Below the pieces are notes generated by a model that was given only the letters and a program-made list of their open reading frames with translations, was not told the origin of the DNA and searched no databases. The position numbers and the translations under genes were made by a program. A DNA stretch of 64,000 bases from Patescibacteria group bacterium (GTDB lineage: Bacteria; Patescibacteriota; Microgenomatia; UBA1400; PJMF01). This document shows, piece by piece, positions 18,544 to 27,344 of the stretch; the first letter of the stretch is position 1; every line of letters begins with the position of its first letter. The stretch lies in assembly GCA_049322655.1 (NCBI GenBank), contig JBMORP010000002.1, positions 32,923 through 96,922 of the forward strand. Direction: 5' to 3'.

Positions 18544-18803
18544 AAATTGCTTAAAATGAAACCTATAATTTAAAAACTGTTATTATACGTGTGCCACTAT
18601 TTACGGCATAATACCAGGCTAAACTAACCATTTTGACATGTATATAATTTTAACTATTGACACTATAGGCCTGTTTTGATATCATACTCCCCGTTGTTCA
18701 ATCGCTAACGCGTCTTTACGATGTGCTAAGCGAAAGAACGACAGCACATTCACATTGAATTGAAACAGAAGTTTTTTTGTTTTGGTTTTCCATCCCTCAA
18801 TTT

Positions 18804-18830
18804 TTAGCAGTCTTTTTAAAGCTTGCTCAG
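18804..18830. promoter_or_regulatory. degenerate CIRCE-like site TTAGCAGTC-N9-CTTGCTCAG
   Basis: Left arm identical to copies A and B. Right arm diverged. Lies ~115 nt upstream of the first ORF of the GC-rich island. Confidence 0.25.
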
Positions 18831-18944
18831 TTAGGGACTTTTTATTTTATAAGGTCTTTAGCTGAGCAAGCTTCGGTAGTGGCTCAGGCCACTGCTGAGG
18901 GACTGCCATATTCCAAATTCTTATGTAAAGGATGGTAAAACCCC

Positions 18945-19214
18945 ATGACTGACAAAGTCAAAAAAACCCGCAAGCCCAAGAAAGAAATGCCCGCCTGGCA
19001 ACGCATCGCCAATGACGTGAGCCGCTCTGTTGACGCAAACCTTCGCGGCAAACTGGACATCGAAGATGCCCAGGAGATGTTGCTCGAAGCCCTCGAAAGC
19101 CTGCCGGAAGGAAAGGAACGTCGCGAGTTCTTGCTCGCCAACGTGCCCGAACTCGCCGACATGAAACAGCGCGCGGACAACCGCCAGGGCGAAATCAACA
19201 AACTCAAGAAGTAA
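18945..19214 (+). CDS. hypothetical basic/acidic helical protein encoded in the GC-rich island (89 aa)
   Basis: ~58% GC with GCC/CGC/CTG-rich codon usage, unlike the host. RBS 'aaaggatgg'. Lys-rich N-terminus. Confidence 0.5.
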   Translation: MTDKVKKTRKPKKEMPAWQRIANDVSRSVDANLRGKLDIEDAQEMLLEALESLPEGKERREFLLANVPELADMKQRADNRQGEINKLKK

Positions 19215-19223
19215 GTCCGGAAA

Positions 19224-19487
19224 TTGATGATTACCATCAAGTTCCTGATGACCTTCTTGGTCAAAAAAGGACACAACGTCCTCGACGCGTTCCAGAAAAG
19301 CGCGGCTGATGATGCTCCGCGCGTCATGGCTGAAGCCCGCGAAGCCATGTTCCAGGCGCAAATCTTCGAAGAAGGCGCGGCCGGGTTCGGTGAGGTCCTT
19401 GCCTCCATCGAAACCTTCACCCGCACCGCGGTTACCAACGTGGGAGTGGAAGACTTCATGTCCGCTCTCGAAGACAACGAGGACTAG
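19224..19487 (+). CDS. hypothetical acidic helical protein encoded in the GC-rich island (87 aa)
   Basis: Second ORF of the island, starting 9 nt after the first. Followed by the strong hairpin 19513-19539. Confidence 0.45.
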   Translation: MMITIKFLMTFLVKKGHNVLDAFQKSAADDAPRVMAEAREAMFQAQIFEEGAAGFGEVLASIETFTRTAVTNVGVEDFMSALEDNED

Positions 19488-19512
19488 ATCCTCACCTGTT
19501 TCCAATCAATGT

Positions 19513-19539
19513 GAAAGGGCGCCCCACAAGGGCGCCCTT
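19513..19539 (+). terminator. GC-rich terminator-like hairpin closing the island
   Basis: aaagggcgcc-ccacaa-gggcgcccttt. Confidence 0.55.
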
Positions 19540-19573
19540 TCTACGTTAAAAAGCCTTTGTATATAATACAACT

Positions 19574-19843
19574 ATGATTAAAAACCCAGAACAACAACAT
19601 AAACCAAACTACAGTAGTGGTGAGTGGTTAGACTCCTTAACTTACTTTCAAGTCGATGATCTAGTTACTTGCCCCAGTAAACATGGTGATTTAGTCTTGA
19701 AAATTACCCAGATTAGACCAGTTAGACCTGGTGATTACAAATTTGCCCTTCACACCCAATATGTTGAACTTAGTGATCAACATGGCGTAATAGAAAGTAA
19801 TATTTCTGCAGCCCTGATTCAACTAGTTAAAACTGAAAAATAG
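19574..19843 (+). CDS. hypothetical small protein (89 aa)
   Basis: Host-like AT-rich composition. Terminator hairpin agagg-gttgc-cctct plus T7 immediately downstream. Confidence 0.4.
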   Translation: MIKNPEQQHKPNYSSGEWLDSLTYFQVDDLVTCPSKHGDLVLKITQIRPVRPGDYKFALHTQYVELSDQHGVIESNISAALIQLVKTEK

Positions 19844-19932
19844 AGGGTTGCCTCTCATTTTTTTCACTTTACAATCACAAAAGAGATCAAACAGAGTTAT
19901 TGCTAGTTAAATCTGATCTCAAGAAAGAGGAT

Positions 19933-20055
19933 ATGGAAAGATTTACTCCTCCAGGTGCTAGAAAATGGGAAAGTTGGGTTCCAGAAGATACAAACGAGGA
20001 AACTCAAAATCCTGGTACTCCTCCAGAAGACTTGGATCTCCCAGAAGAAGAATAG
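19933..20055 (+). CDS. possible small acidic peptide (40 aa, MERFTPPGARKWESWVPEDTNEETQNPGTPPEDLDLPEEE)
   Basis: Strong SD 'aagaaagaggat' 6 nt upstream of the ATG. Below the length cutoff of the ORF track. Confidence 0.3.
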   Translation: MERFTPPGARKWESWVPEDTNEETQNPGTPPEDLDLPEEE

Positions 20056-20106
20056 TCTATTGCTTCCTTGCTAATCAGTTGGAAATAACCGTATAATGGA
20101 AGAATT

Positions 20107-21867
20107 ATGGATTCTTTCCAACGCTCTCAATATTCTATTTTCAATAAAAATAAACAACCAATTGAAAAGCCAGAAGGTAAACCAAAACCAACAATTGAAC
20201 AAACTCCAACCAGCTCAAAAATAACCCCAGAGCTACCACCAGTTGAACCACAAACAACTATTCTTCAAACTAATTTTACTGGTAATCAGTCAAACAGAAA
20301 AAAAGCATTCATCAAACCATTACTATGGCTATTTGGCTTAGTTTTACTAGGAATATTTTTCTTTTCTGTGGGCTATTACCTGCAAAACAGAAACTATAAC
20401 CAAGTTCAATCACCAGAAATAAAAATCAAAGATGTCGGTGAGATTTTGTTAGAAAAATTTGCTACCAAAGAAACCTTACCAGCTGGAACAGTCCTAATTA
20501 AACTGTGGATGGATAGTAATAATGATGGTAAGCATGATTCATGGGAAAACAACCAATATGATATCGGTGCCAATATTAGAAAAAAAGGTGAAGAAGCAGC
20601 CTTTTTATGGGTGGAAACAGATGGTGAAGGAATAATCAGACTAACTGGACTCGATAATAAAGAAAAATTTGAGATTAGTTATTATGTCATTGATCGTGGC
20701 AACACTTACAACCAAGACAGACATTTCTACGGACAATTAAACTATGAAATCTTTCAATCAACCGATGGCTCAACCGGAAAAATCTTTGGTGAATGGCGAG
20801 ATTTAAAAATTAATGACACTGGAGCAGAAATTACGCTAGGATTGAGAGAATATAAACCAGACAAATTATTTGTCACTCAAGCTAGTGCTGCCATTCTTTA
20901 TGATGCAGAAGGCAAGCAATTTGCCTCTAGTAGTATTTTTAGTAACAGCACTCTCCCGATTCAATTTGAAATTAGAGATAACCATATTTTTTACGTAAAA
21001 GATGGAGTTCTTTATAAAAATAATCCACTGGTAAACATGGTTTACTCTCAACAGGTTTTCAATCAAATCAATATCAGTGATGATAGCTTTTGGTCAATCT
21101 CACCAAGTGGTTCAGCAATTATTTATGGCGACAACAATGCCGCTTATTTTAGAAACCAGGAGAATGCTTGTGGCAAACAACAGCTTTACTATGAAAACAA
21201 ACCAATTGCTCTCTATACTCAGTCCTATCCTCATGATCCTGTTGGAGTCAGATTTGGAGATGATCACCAAGCCATCATCTATGGCAGAGTAGAGAATAAC
21301 TACCACTATTACTTAGTCGGTTGTAGTAACAACCAATTAACTATTAAACAGCTACCAATCGAAAGACAGTGGTATGGTGGCATTTTTGCACGACATAATC
21401 GCTTTGTTATCAAAGGACCAGTCACTCATCAAAACCAAACCTACGGAGAAGGTCTTTATGTTTATAAATTGGATGAAGACAAAATCGAGAGAATTGGGGG
21501 TGATGAACTTAATACTACTTATTTCGTGGCTAATGCTTATGATGGCCGTTACACTATCTTGGCCAATACTGAGGAAGATCAACTAAAAATACTCAATTTT
21601 GATTCAGCTACTGAAATTAAGATCCTTAATTTTGAGATTAAACCGTTTTTTAAACAGTATGATCGTCACGGTTTGGCAAATGGTAACTTTACCTACCTAG
21701 GTAAAGATAGTTTCATGTTTATTGATCGCTTTGGTCAATGTGGCCAAAATCAAGCTTGTGCTGAAGTTAAATCATTCAAAATAGCTGGCACAACTATTAA
21801 TGTGACTGATTTAGTAACTATTAAAGACGTCTACCCAATGAGAGTGATTGGAGAAATTAGCAAATGA
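20107..21867 (+). CDS. membrane-anchored extracytoplasmic protein, Asn/Tyr/Gly-rich, probably beta-rich (586 aa)
   Basis: Single TM 'LLWLFGLVLLGIFFFSVGYYL' after a ~70-aa cytoplasmic N-terminus. No recognisable catalytic motif. Confidence 0.5.
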   Translation: MDSFQRSQYSIFNKNKQPIEKPEGKPKPTIEQTPTSSKITPELPPVEPQTTILQTNFTGNQSNRKKAFIKPLLWLFGLVLLGIFFFSVGYYLQNRNYNQVQSPEIKIKDVGEILLEKFATKETLPAGTVLIKLWMDSNNDGKHDSWENNQYDIGANIRKKGEEAAFLWVETDGEGIIRLTGLDNKEKFEISYYVIDRGNTYNQDRHFYGQLNYEIFQSTDGSTGKIFGEWRDLKINDTGAEITLGLREYKPDKLFVTQASAAILYDAEGKQFASSSIFSNSTLPIQFEIRDNHIFYVKDGVLYKNNPLVNMVYSQQVFNQINISDDSFWSISPSGSAIIYGDNNAAYFRNQENACGKQQLYYENKPIALYTQSYPHDPVGVRFGDDHQAIIYGRVENNYHYYLVGCSNNQLTIKQLPIERQWYGGIFARHNRFVIKGPVTHQNQTYGEGLYVYKLDEDKIERIGGDELNTTYFVANAYDGRYTILANTEEDQLKILNFDSATEIKILNFEIKPFFKQYDRHGLANGNFTYLGKDSFMFIDRFGQCGQNQACAEVKSFKIAGTTINVTDLVTIKDVYPMRVIGEISK

Positions 21868-23108
21868 AAAAACCTATCAATGTTATTTTATTGACTTTAA
21901 TCTCACTAATAGTAGCTACTGCTTCAACTTGGTTTGGCTGGCAAGTTGCCGCTAACAATTTAAATCAACCAGAACCAGAAAACCAAGCCGTAGTTAACCA
22001 AAAGGTTGAGGTTTATTTTTATCGTACCGATGGAATTTACCGAGTTACTAGTGACCAAGATACTCCTCAAAAAATCGTTGAAACCAACTATGACCGTGAT
22101 AAACCATATTACTTTAGTCCTAGTTTTGACCTTATGGGAGAAAATAGTAATTGGCTAGTCTATAAAGATGTCATCGGCAAAAATGATGAAACTAATGAAG
22201 TCTTTTTTGGTCTAGTGGTGTATGACATGACTGAGAATAAGCCTATCTTTAATTTCGATGACAAAGAAAGCTCTGTGACTAGTCTTATGGTTTCTCCAAA
22301 CAAAAACAAATTAGTTTTTGTTGTTAACCGCAAAGACCCTAACAAAGAAATCTCTCAAGGTCATGAACCATTTTATCAAGAACTCCTAGTTTGGGATGGC
22401 AAAAGCAACCAACCAGAAAAAGTCTTAACTGAAGCTAGTGGCTTTTTTGGACTTGGTTTGGGCATCTGGCTAGATAATGAAACCATTACCCTTGGTCGAG
22501 GTTATGAGGGTATTTCTTACTGTAAATTTAATTTAACAACTGATAAAGAACTACCCCAAAACTGTGAAGGCTATGGTTCTTCAAGTTATGGCGGTATGGA
22601 AAACCTAGTCACCTTAGTTGATGGCTGGCTTTATGGCTACCGTTATGAGTGGTCAGAAATGACTGGCACCAGAAATCCTAGTAAAGGCATCTTCAAACAA
22701 CAACCAAATAACAATAAAATTTATCTTAGTAATGATGTCCCATCAGACTTAGTGGTCGGCCAGAACCAGCTTTACTATCTTAGAAGCAATCTCGATAGCT
22801 CCAGGTATATTTATAACGGCGTTGATAGTGACTTATATCTAGTGGCTAAAGATGGCTCTTTTACCAAGAGGTTAACCAATGATGGTAATAGTGTTATGGC
22901 CAAATCAAACCTCGATCTATCAAGTGATCAAAGATTTATTAGCTATCAAATAACCGATATTAGTAATATTCCTCCAACCGAGAATAACCTTGAAACTACT
23001 CAAGACAACTCAACTATTTGGCTATATGACACTCAATTAAATAAATATTATCAAATTGCCGAAAAAGGCCTAGCCCCTCAAGTGGTAGTCAAAAATCTAA
23101 CAAATTAA
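21864..23108 (+). CDS. secreted or membrane-anchored hypothetical protein (414 aa), translationally coupled to the upstream gene
   Basis: ATGA start/stop overlap. N-terminal 'MKKPINVILLTLISLIVATASTW'. TolB-like or beta-propeller-like composition. Confidence 0.5.
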   Translation: MKKPINVILLTLISLIVATASTWFGWQVAANNLNQPEPENQAVVNQKVEVYFYRTDGIYRVTSDQDTPQKIVETNYDRDKPYYFSPSFDLMGENSNWLVYKDVIGKNDETNEVFFGLVVYDMTENKPIFNFDDKESSVTSLMVSPNKNKLVFVVNRKDPNKEISQGHEPFYQELLVWDGKSNQPEKVLTEASGFFGLGLGIWLDNETITLGRGYEGISYCKFNLTTDKELPQNCEGYGSSSYGGMENLVTLVDGWLYGYRYEWSEMTGTRNPSKGIFKQQPNNNKIYLSNDVPSDLVVGQNQLYYLRSNLDSSRYIYNGVDSDLYLVAKDGSFTKRLTNDGNSVMAKSNLDLSSDQRFISYQITDISNIPPTENNLETTQDNSTIWLYDTQLNKYYQIAEKGLAPQVVVKNLTN

Positions 23109-23173
23109 TTACCAATTTAAAAATAGTAAAAAAAGACCAGTCTAATTTTATTTTTTTATGGTATAAAACGCTC

Positions 23174-24367
23174 ATGAAAAAAATCTTTTTCTTGTTGGGT
23201 AATAACTTACTCAATAAATTTTCAACCCACCTGCTAAAAATAATTCCAGATCTAACTATCATTGAATGTAGTAGTAAACCACAAAAAAGCCCACACCATC
23301 TTTTACTACCCAAAGGAAAAGAGTTTGAAACCATCGTAAAATTTAGTGAAAACAAACAAGTAGTTGGAGTTTTAAATAGAGCAGATCATTATGAGAACCT
23401 TCATGGTAAATTAGTTGATTACTTTGAAGTACCTGGACCATCTTTTGCTGCAATCAACCAAGTTGGAAATAAAGCTAACTTACATCTATTAATGGATGAT
23501 CTAAACCTCCAACTATTCAGACCTAAAACCATTATTTGCCAACTTACTGAAGTTGCTGAATTATTAAAAAACATCCAGTTCCCAGTCATGCTTAAACCTT
23601 TTGTTGGAGCTCATAGTCGGGGGGTAACAAAACTGGAATCAGTTGATGATTTTAATCACGTTTATCCTCAACTCTATGAACATTTTTTAGCAGAACCAGC
23701 CGCAGAAGATCCAAATAACAAAACCGTATTGATTGAAGAATACTTACCAGGAAAACAAATCACTCCTATTTGCTATGTTGATAGTAAAGGAAAAGTTCAC
23801 TTTATTTCACTAGTGAAAATTACTAATGCTAGAGATCTTAATCAAAACCACTACCAAATTATTTACCGAACTACTCCTTCAAATACTAAAGAACCAATTC
23901 AGCAAAAAATGAAGTTTGTCTTGCAAAAAATTGCTAAAGCTAGCTTGCTTAAAGAGACATTTTTGGACCCAGAGTTTTTTGTTGATGGCGACAACATCTA
24001 TTTGATCGAAATTAATGTCAGAATGGGTGGTTTCAGGCAAGAGTTAGCCAAACCTGCTTTTGATATTGATTTGGAAAAAATGATCGCTCAACTAGCCTTA
24101 AGACAAGAAGTCGAAGATCAATTTAATGTCATTGGTAGTGCCACTGCTTGTGAAATTTGGGAACAACAGGCTGGAACTATTAAAAAAATTAAAATTCCTA
24201 AAAGCAAACACATCGCCCATTCAAGGATTAACTTTAACCCAGGAGATTACTATGAGGCTCCTCCTGAAGGAAACAAAGCTTTAGGTAGTTTTTATGTTCG
24301 TTCTCGCGAAAAATCTCTTAAAATTGCCAAAGCTTTACGCAATAAAGTTGTAGTTGAGTTTGAATAG
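23174..24367 (+). CDS. ATP-grasp domain protein of unknown specificity
   Basis: 'FPVMLKPFVGAHSRGV', 'EEYLPG', 'IYLIEINVRMGG'. Confidence 0.65.
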   Translation: MKKIFFLLGNNLLNKFSTHLLKIIPDLTIIECSSKPQKSPHHLLLPKGKEFETIVKFSENKQVVGVLNRADHYENLHGKLVDYFEVPGPSFAAINQVGNKANLHLLMDDLNLQLFRPKTIICQLTEVAELLKNIQFPVMLKPFVGAHSRGVTKLESVDDFNHVYPQLYEHFLAEPAAEDPNNKTVLIEEYLPGKQITPICYVDSKGKVHFISLVKITNARDLNQNHYQIIYRTTPSNTKEPIQQKMKFVLQKIAKASLLKETFLDPEFFVDGDNIYLIEINVRMGGFRQELAKPAFDIDLEKMIAQLALRQEVEDQFNVIGSATACEIWEQQAGTIKKIKIPKSKHIAHSRINFNPGDYYEAPPEGNKALGSFYVRSREKSLKIAKALRNKVVVEFE

Positions 24368-24425
24368 ACTTATAAAAGAGGTGAAAGCTTCTCCCCTCGA
24401 ATCCTTTTTAAAACATGCGACTTGT

Positions 24426-24752
24426 TTACTTTAAATGATTGGGAATATTTGATCGATTAGTTAATTCAATTTTAATCACTCCCCATATTTCATAACCAGT
24501 TAGAATTGGTAAATCAGTTGGAGAAAATACAGATATTTGAGCAAAATTTACTTCTAATTTTTGACCATGATTAAACTCTTGAATCAATAACATTGGATCA
24601 CCATTCGCTGGATTATCTTTTGCTACTAAAACTAAATCATAACCAGAATCCTGCCAATCAGGTATTACTGCCGCAGCATAACCTTCTTCAATAATAACTT
24701 CTTGTTGATTGAAATGTGGATGATCTGGTGAAATTTCTATACGAAATGGCAT
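24426..24752 (-). CDS. hypothetical protein (108 aa)
   Basis: ORF only. Abuts the tRNA-His 3' end. Confidence 0.35.
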   Translation of the reverse strand: MPFRIEISPDHPHFNQQEVIIEEGYAAAVIPDWQDSGYDLVLVAKDNPANGDPMLLIQEFNHGQKLEVNFAQISVFSPTDLPILTGYEIWGVIKIELTNRSNIPNHLK

Positions 24753-24762
24753 AAAAATTAAA

Positions 24763-24838
<76 letters not shown>

Positions 24839-24863
24839 ATATTTTAAAAGTTAGCAAAACAAG

Positions 24864-24937
24864 TGCGCCAAGCAGGATTCGAACCTGCGACCTACTGCTT
24901 AGAAGGCAGTTGCTCTATCCAGCTGAGCTATTGGCGC
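24864..24937 (-). tRNA. tRNA-Arg (anticodon TCT)
   Basis: Reverse complement reads GCGCCAA…ACTGC-CTTCTAA-GCAGT…TTGGCGC-A. Confidence 0.75.
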
Positions 24938-25031
24938 TGAACTATTAACAGATCCGTATTTTCTCAGAAAAGTTTGTTTTTTACCAGATCTATTCAGCCT
25001 CCTATTATACTCCAAACTTGCTACCCCTGAT

Positions 25032-27284
25032 ATGATATCTAGATTGATGGAATTTAAACTACACACCCCTTATCAACCAACCGGCGATCAGCCAACAGCC
25101 ATAGATAAACTCACTAGCAGTATTAATGAAGGTCAACCTCATCAAACTCTACTCGGAGTAACTGGTTCTGGAAAAACCTTTACCATGGCCAATGTGATTG
25201 CTAATACTCAAAAGCCAACCCTGGTAATTGCTCATAACAAAACACTAGCTGCTCAACTTTATCAAGAATTAAGAGATTTTTTCCCAGAAAATGCAGTGAG
25301 TTATTTTGTGTCTTACTATGACTATTACCAACCAGAAGCTTATATTCCCACTACTGATACCTACATCGAAAAAGAAGCTGATATTAATGACGAAATCGAT
25401 AAGCTCAGATTAGCTGCCACAACCAACTTACTCACCAGAAAAGATGTCATCGTGGTAGCTTCGGTCTCTTGTATTTATAACCTTGGCTCGCCAATTGAGT
25501 ACGGTAAGAATATTTTTAGATTTGTTGAAGGGGAAGTTATTTCTCAACATAGTTTTTTGTTGAGACTGGCCCAATTACAATATGAGCGCAGTACCACTGA
25601 TCTAAAAAGAGGAACCTTCAGAGTCAGGGGTGATAACATTCAGCTTTGGCCAGCTTATCAAGACAATGCTTTAACTATTGAAACTTTAGAAAACAAAATA
25701 ACTAGAATTACTGAAATAAACCCCATTAGTGGTGAAACAATCCCTCCTCAAATGAGAGACCTCCAAAGCCAACAATACACTATTTACCCAGCCAAACATT
25801 ACACCATGAATCCTAAAACTCAAGATGAGGGTATTAGGGAAATTGAAAGAGATCTTAAACTTAGAGTTACAGAACTTGAGAGCACTGGTAAAACACTGGA
25901 AGCCTACCGTTTAAAACAGAAAGTTACTTATGATTTGGAGATGATCAAAGAGTTTGGTTTTGTTAACGGGATTGAAAACTACTCACGCCACTTTGATGGT
26001 AGAAAACCAGGAGATCCGCCATTCACCTTGTTAGACTATTTTAAAGAAAACACCAAGATCTTTAACCAAACTTCTTTTTTAACGATCATTGATGAAAGTC
26101 ATATGACAATTCCTCAAATCAGAGGGATGTTTCATGGTGATAGATCAAGAAAAGAGACTTTGATCGAATATGGTTTTAGACTTCCTAGTGCTTTGGATAA
26201 CAGGCCATTACAACAACATGAGTTTTTAACTAGAACTCCACAAAACTTATATGTCTCTGCTACTCCCAATGATTGGGAACTTCAACAAGCTGGAGAACAT
26301 GTCGCAGAGCAATTAATCAGACCGACTGGCCTAACCGATCCAATTATTGAGCTCAGACCAACCAATCATCAAATTGAAGATTTAGTGATTGAAGTCTTAA
26401 GAAGAAAAGCTCTGGGTCAAAGAACGTTAGTTACAACACTCACTAAAAAAATGGCTGAGGCCCTCACTGATTATTTAAACAATCAAGAAAAAATCGATGC
26501 TCTAGTCACGGACTTCAAACAAAGGCAAGCGCAATTAAACTCAACAACTAGCTACCAACAACGTGAATTTATTCCAATCGAACAAATAGCAGTTGGACCT
26601 TTGGCTGATGATTTTTACGTTCAACTTGATCCACTTAAAAACTACCAACTAACTGAATATCCCAAAGTTGCTTACCTGCACTCAGATATTGAAACTCTGG
26701 AGAGATCAGATATTCTGGATGACCTCAGAAAAGGAGAGTACGATGTTTTGGTCGGAATCAATCTCTTGAGAGAGGGGCTAGATTTACCAGAAGTAAGTCT
26801 TGTAGCAATTCTCGATGCTGACAAAGAAGGCTTCTTGCGGTCTACTACTTCATTGGTCCAAACCATGGGTAGAGCAGCCAGACATGAAACCGGTAAAACT
26901 ATCTTGTTTGCTGATAATATGACTCGTTCAATGAAACAAGCCATTGAAGAGACTCAACGTCGTAGAGAAGTTCAAGTGGCTTATAACCTTAAATACGACA
27001 TTACCCCAGCAGGAATTAATAAACCAATCAGAGAAAAACTCCTATTGAGAGAAGATAAAGATCCTGTTGAAGAAAAATTTAAACTTAAGAAAAAAGGGCT
27101 GGTTATTCAACTAAGCAAAAAAGACTTTATTGATCTGGAAGAGTTAGAACCTGCTGGATTGACACCAGCAGAAAAACAAAAACTACTTAAAAAACTTGAT
27201 CTTAAAATGCGCCGGGCCGCGGCTGACTTGGATTTTGAACTAGCAGCTATTTTGCGAGACAAAATTCAAGCTTTGAAGCATTAA
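25032..27284 (+). CDS. uvrB: excinuclease ABC subunit B (UvrB) with an insertion/extension before the C-terminal UVR domain
   Basis: 'LGVTGSGKTFTMA', 'DESH', 'GINLLREGLDLPEV'. C-terminal UVR motif 'AAADLDFELAAILRDKIQALK'. 750 aa. Confidence 0.9.
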   Translation: MISRLMEFKLHTPYQPTGDQPTAIDKLTSSINEGQPHQTLLGVTGSGKTFTMANVIANTQKPTLVIAHNKTLAAQLYQELRDFFPENAVSYFVSYYDYYQPEAYIPTTDTYIEKEADINDEIDKLRLAATTNLLTRKDVIVVASVSCIYNLGSPIEYGKNIFRFVEGEVISQHSFLLRLAQLQYERSTTDLKRGTFRVRGDNIQLWPAYQDNALTIETLENKITRITEINPISGETIPPQMRDLQSQQYTIYPAKHYTMNPKTQDEGIREIERDLKLRVTELESTGKTLEAYRLKQKVTYDLEMIKEFGFVNGIENYSRHFDGRKPGDPPFTLLDYFKENTKIFNQTSFLTIIDESHMTIPQIRGMFHGDRSRKETLIEYGFRLPSALDNRPLQQHEFLTRTPQNLYVSATPNDWELQQAGEHVAEQLIRPTGLTDPIIELRPTNHQIEDLVIEVLRRKALGQRTLVTTLTKKMAEALTDYLNNQEKIDALVTDFKQRQAQLNSTTSYQQREFIPIEQIAVGPLADDFYVQLDPLKNYQLTEYPKVAYLHSDIETLERSDILDDLRKGEYDVLVGINLLREGLDLPEVSLVAILDADKEGFLRSTTSLVQTMGRAARHETGKTILFADNMTRSMKQAIEETQRRREVQVAYNLKYDITPAGINKPIREKLLLREDKDPVEEKFKLKKKGLVIQLSKKDFIDLEELEPAGLTPAEKQKLLKKLDLKMRRAAADLDFELAAILRDKIQALKH

Positions 27285-27344
27285 AGTTTGTAAGTTAGAC
27301 AGTCGAAAAATTCCCGAATACAGGCTATAATGGAGTTTCTTTTT

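Noticed and set aside
18648-18668. 'ttgacactatag' resembling the SP6 promoter core (GTGACACTATAG), plus two HindIII sites framing a hairpin at 18819-18872, raising suspicion of vector contamination
   Set aside because: Only 11 nt match the SP6 promoter. No other vector features (MCS, lacZ, ori) are present. The flanks are host-like AT-rich sequence. The observation is kept as a caveat for the GC-island finding.
18544-18800. Possible structured ncRNA (tmRNA, RNase P, 6S, SRP) in the 400-nt gap after murF
   Set aside because: None of the conserved boxes of these RNAs is present: no tmRNA tag frame, no RNase P 'GGAA…AGGGCA' P4 elements, and no SRP domain IV motif. It is left as unexplained intergenic sequence.
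18884-19505. Two long minus-strand ORFs (197 and 194 aa) spanning the GC-rich island
   Set aside because: They are antisense to the RBS-led plus-strand ORFs. Their Arg/Ala/Ser-rich low-complexity translations are the typical artefact of high-GC DNA, and neither has a plausible start context.
24370-24425. Possible terminator hairpin 'gaggtgaaagcttctcccctc' after the ATP-grasp gene
   Set aside because: The stem is imperfect and there is no T-run, so it is not a convincing intrinsic terminator.
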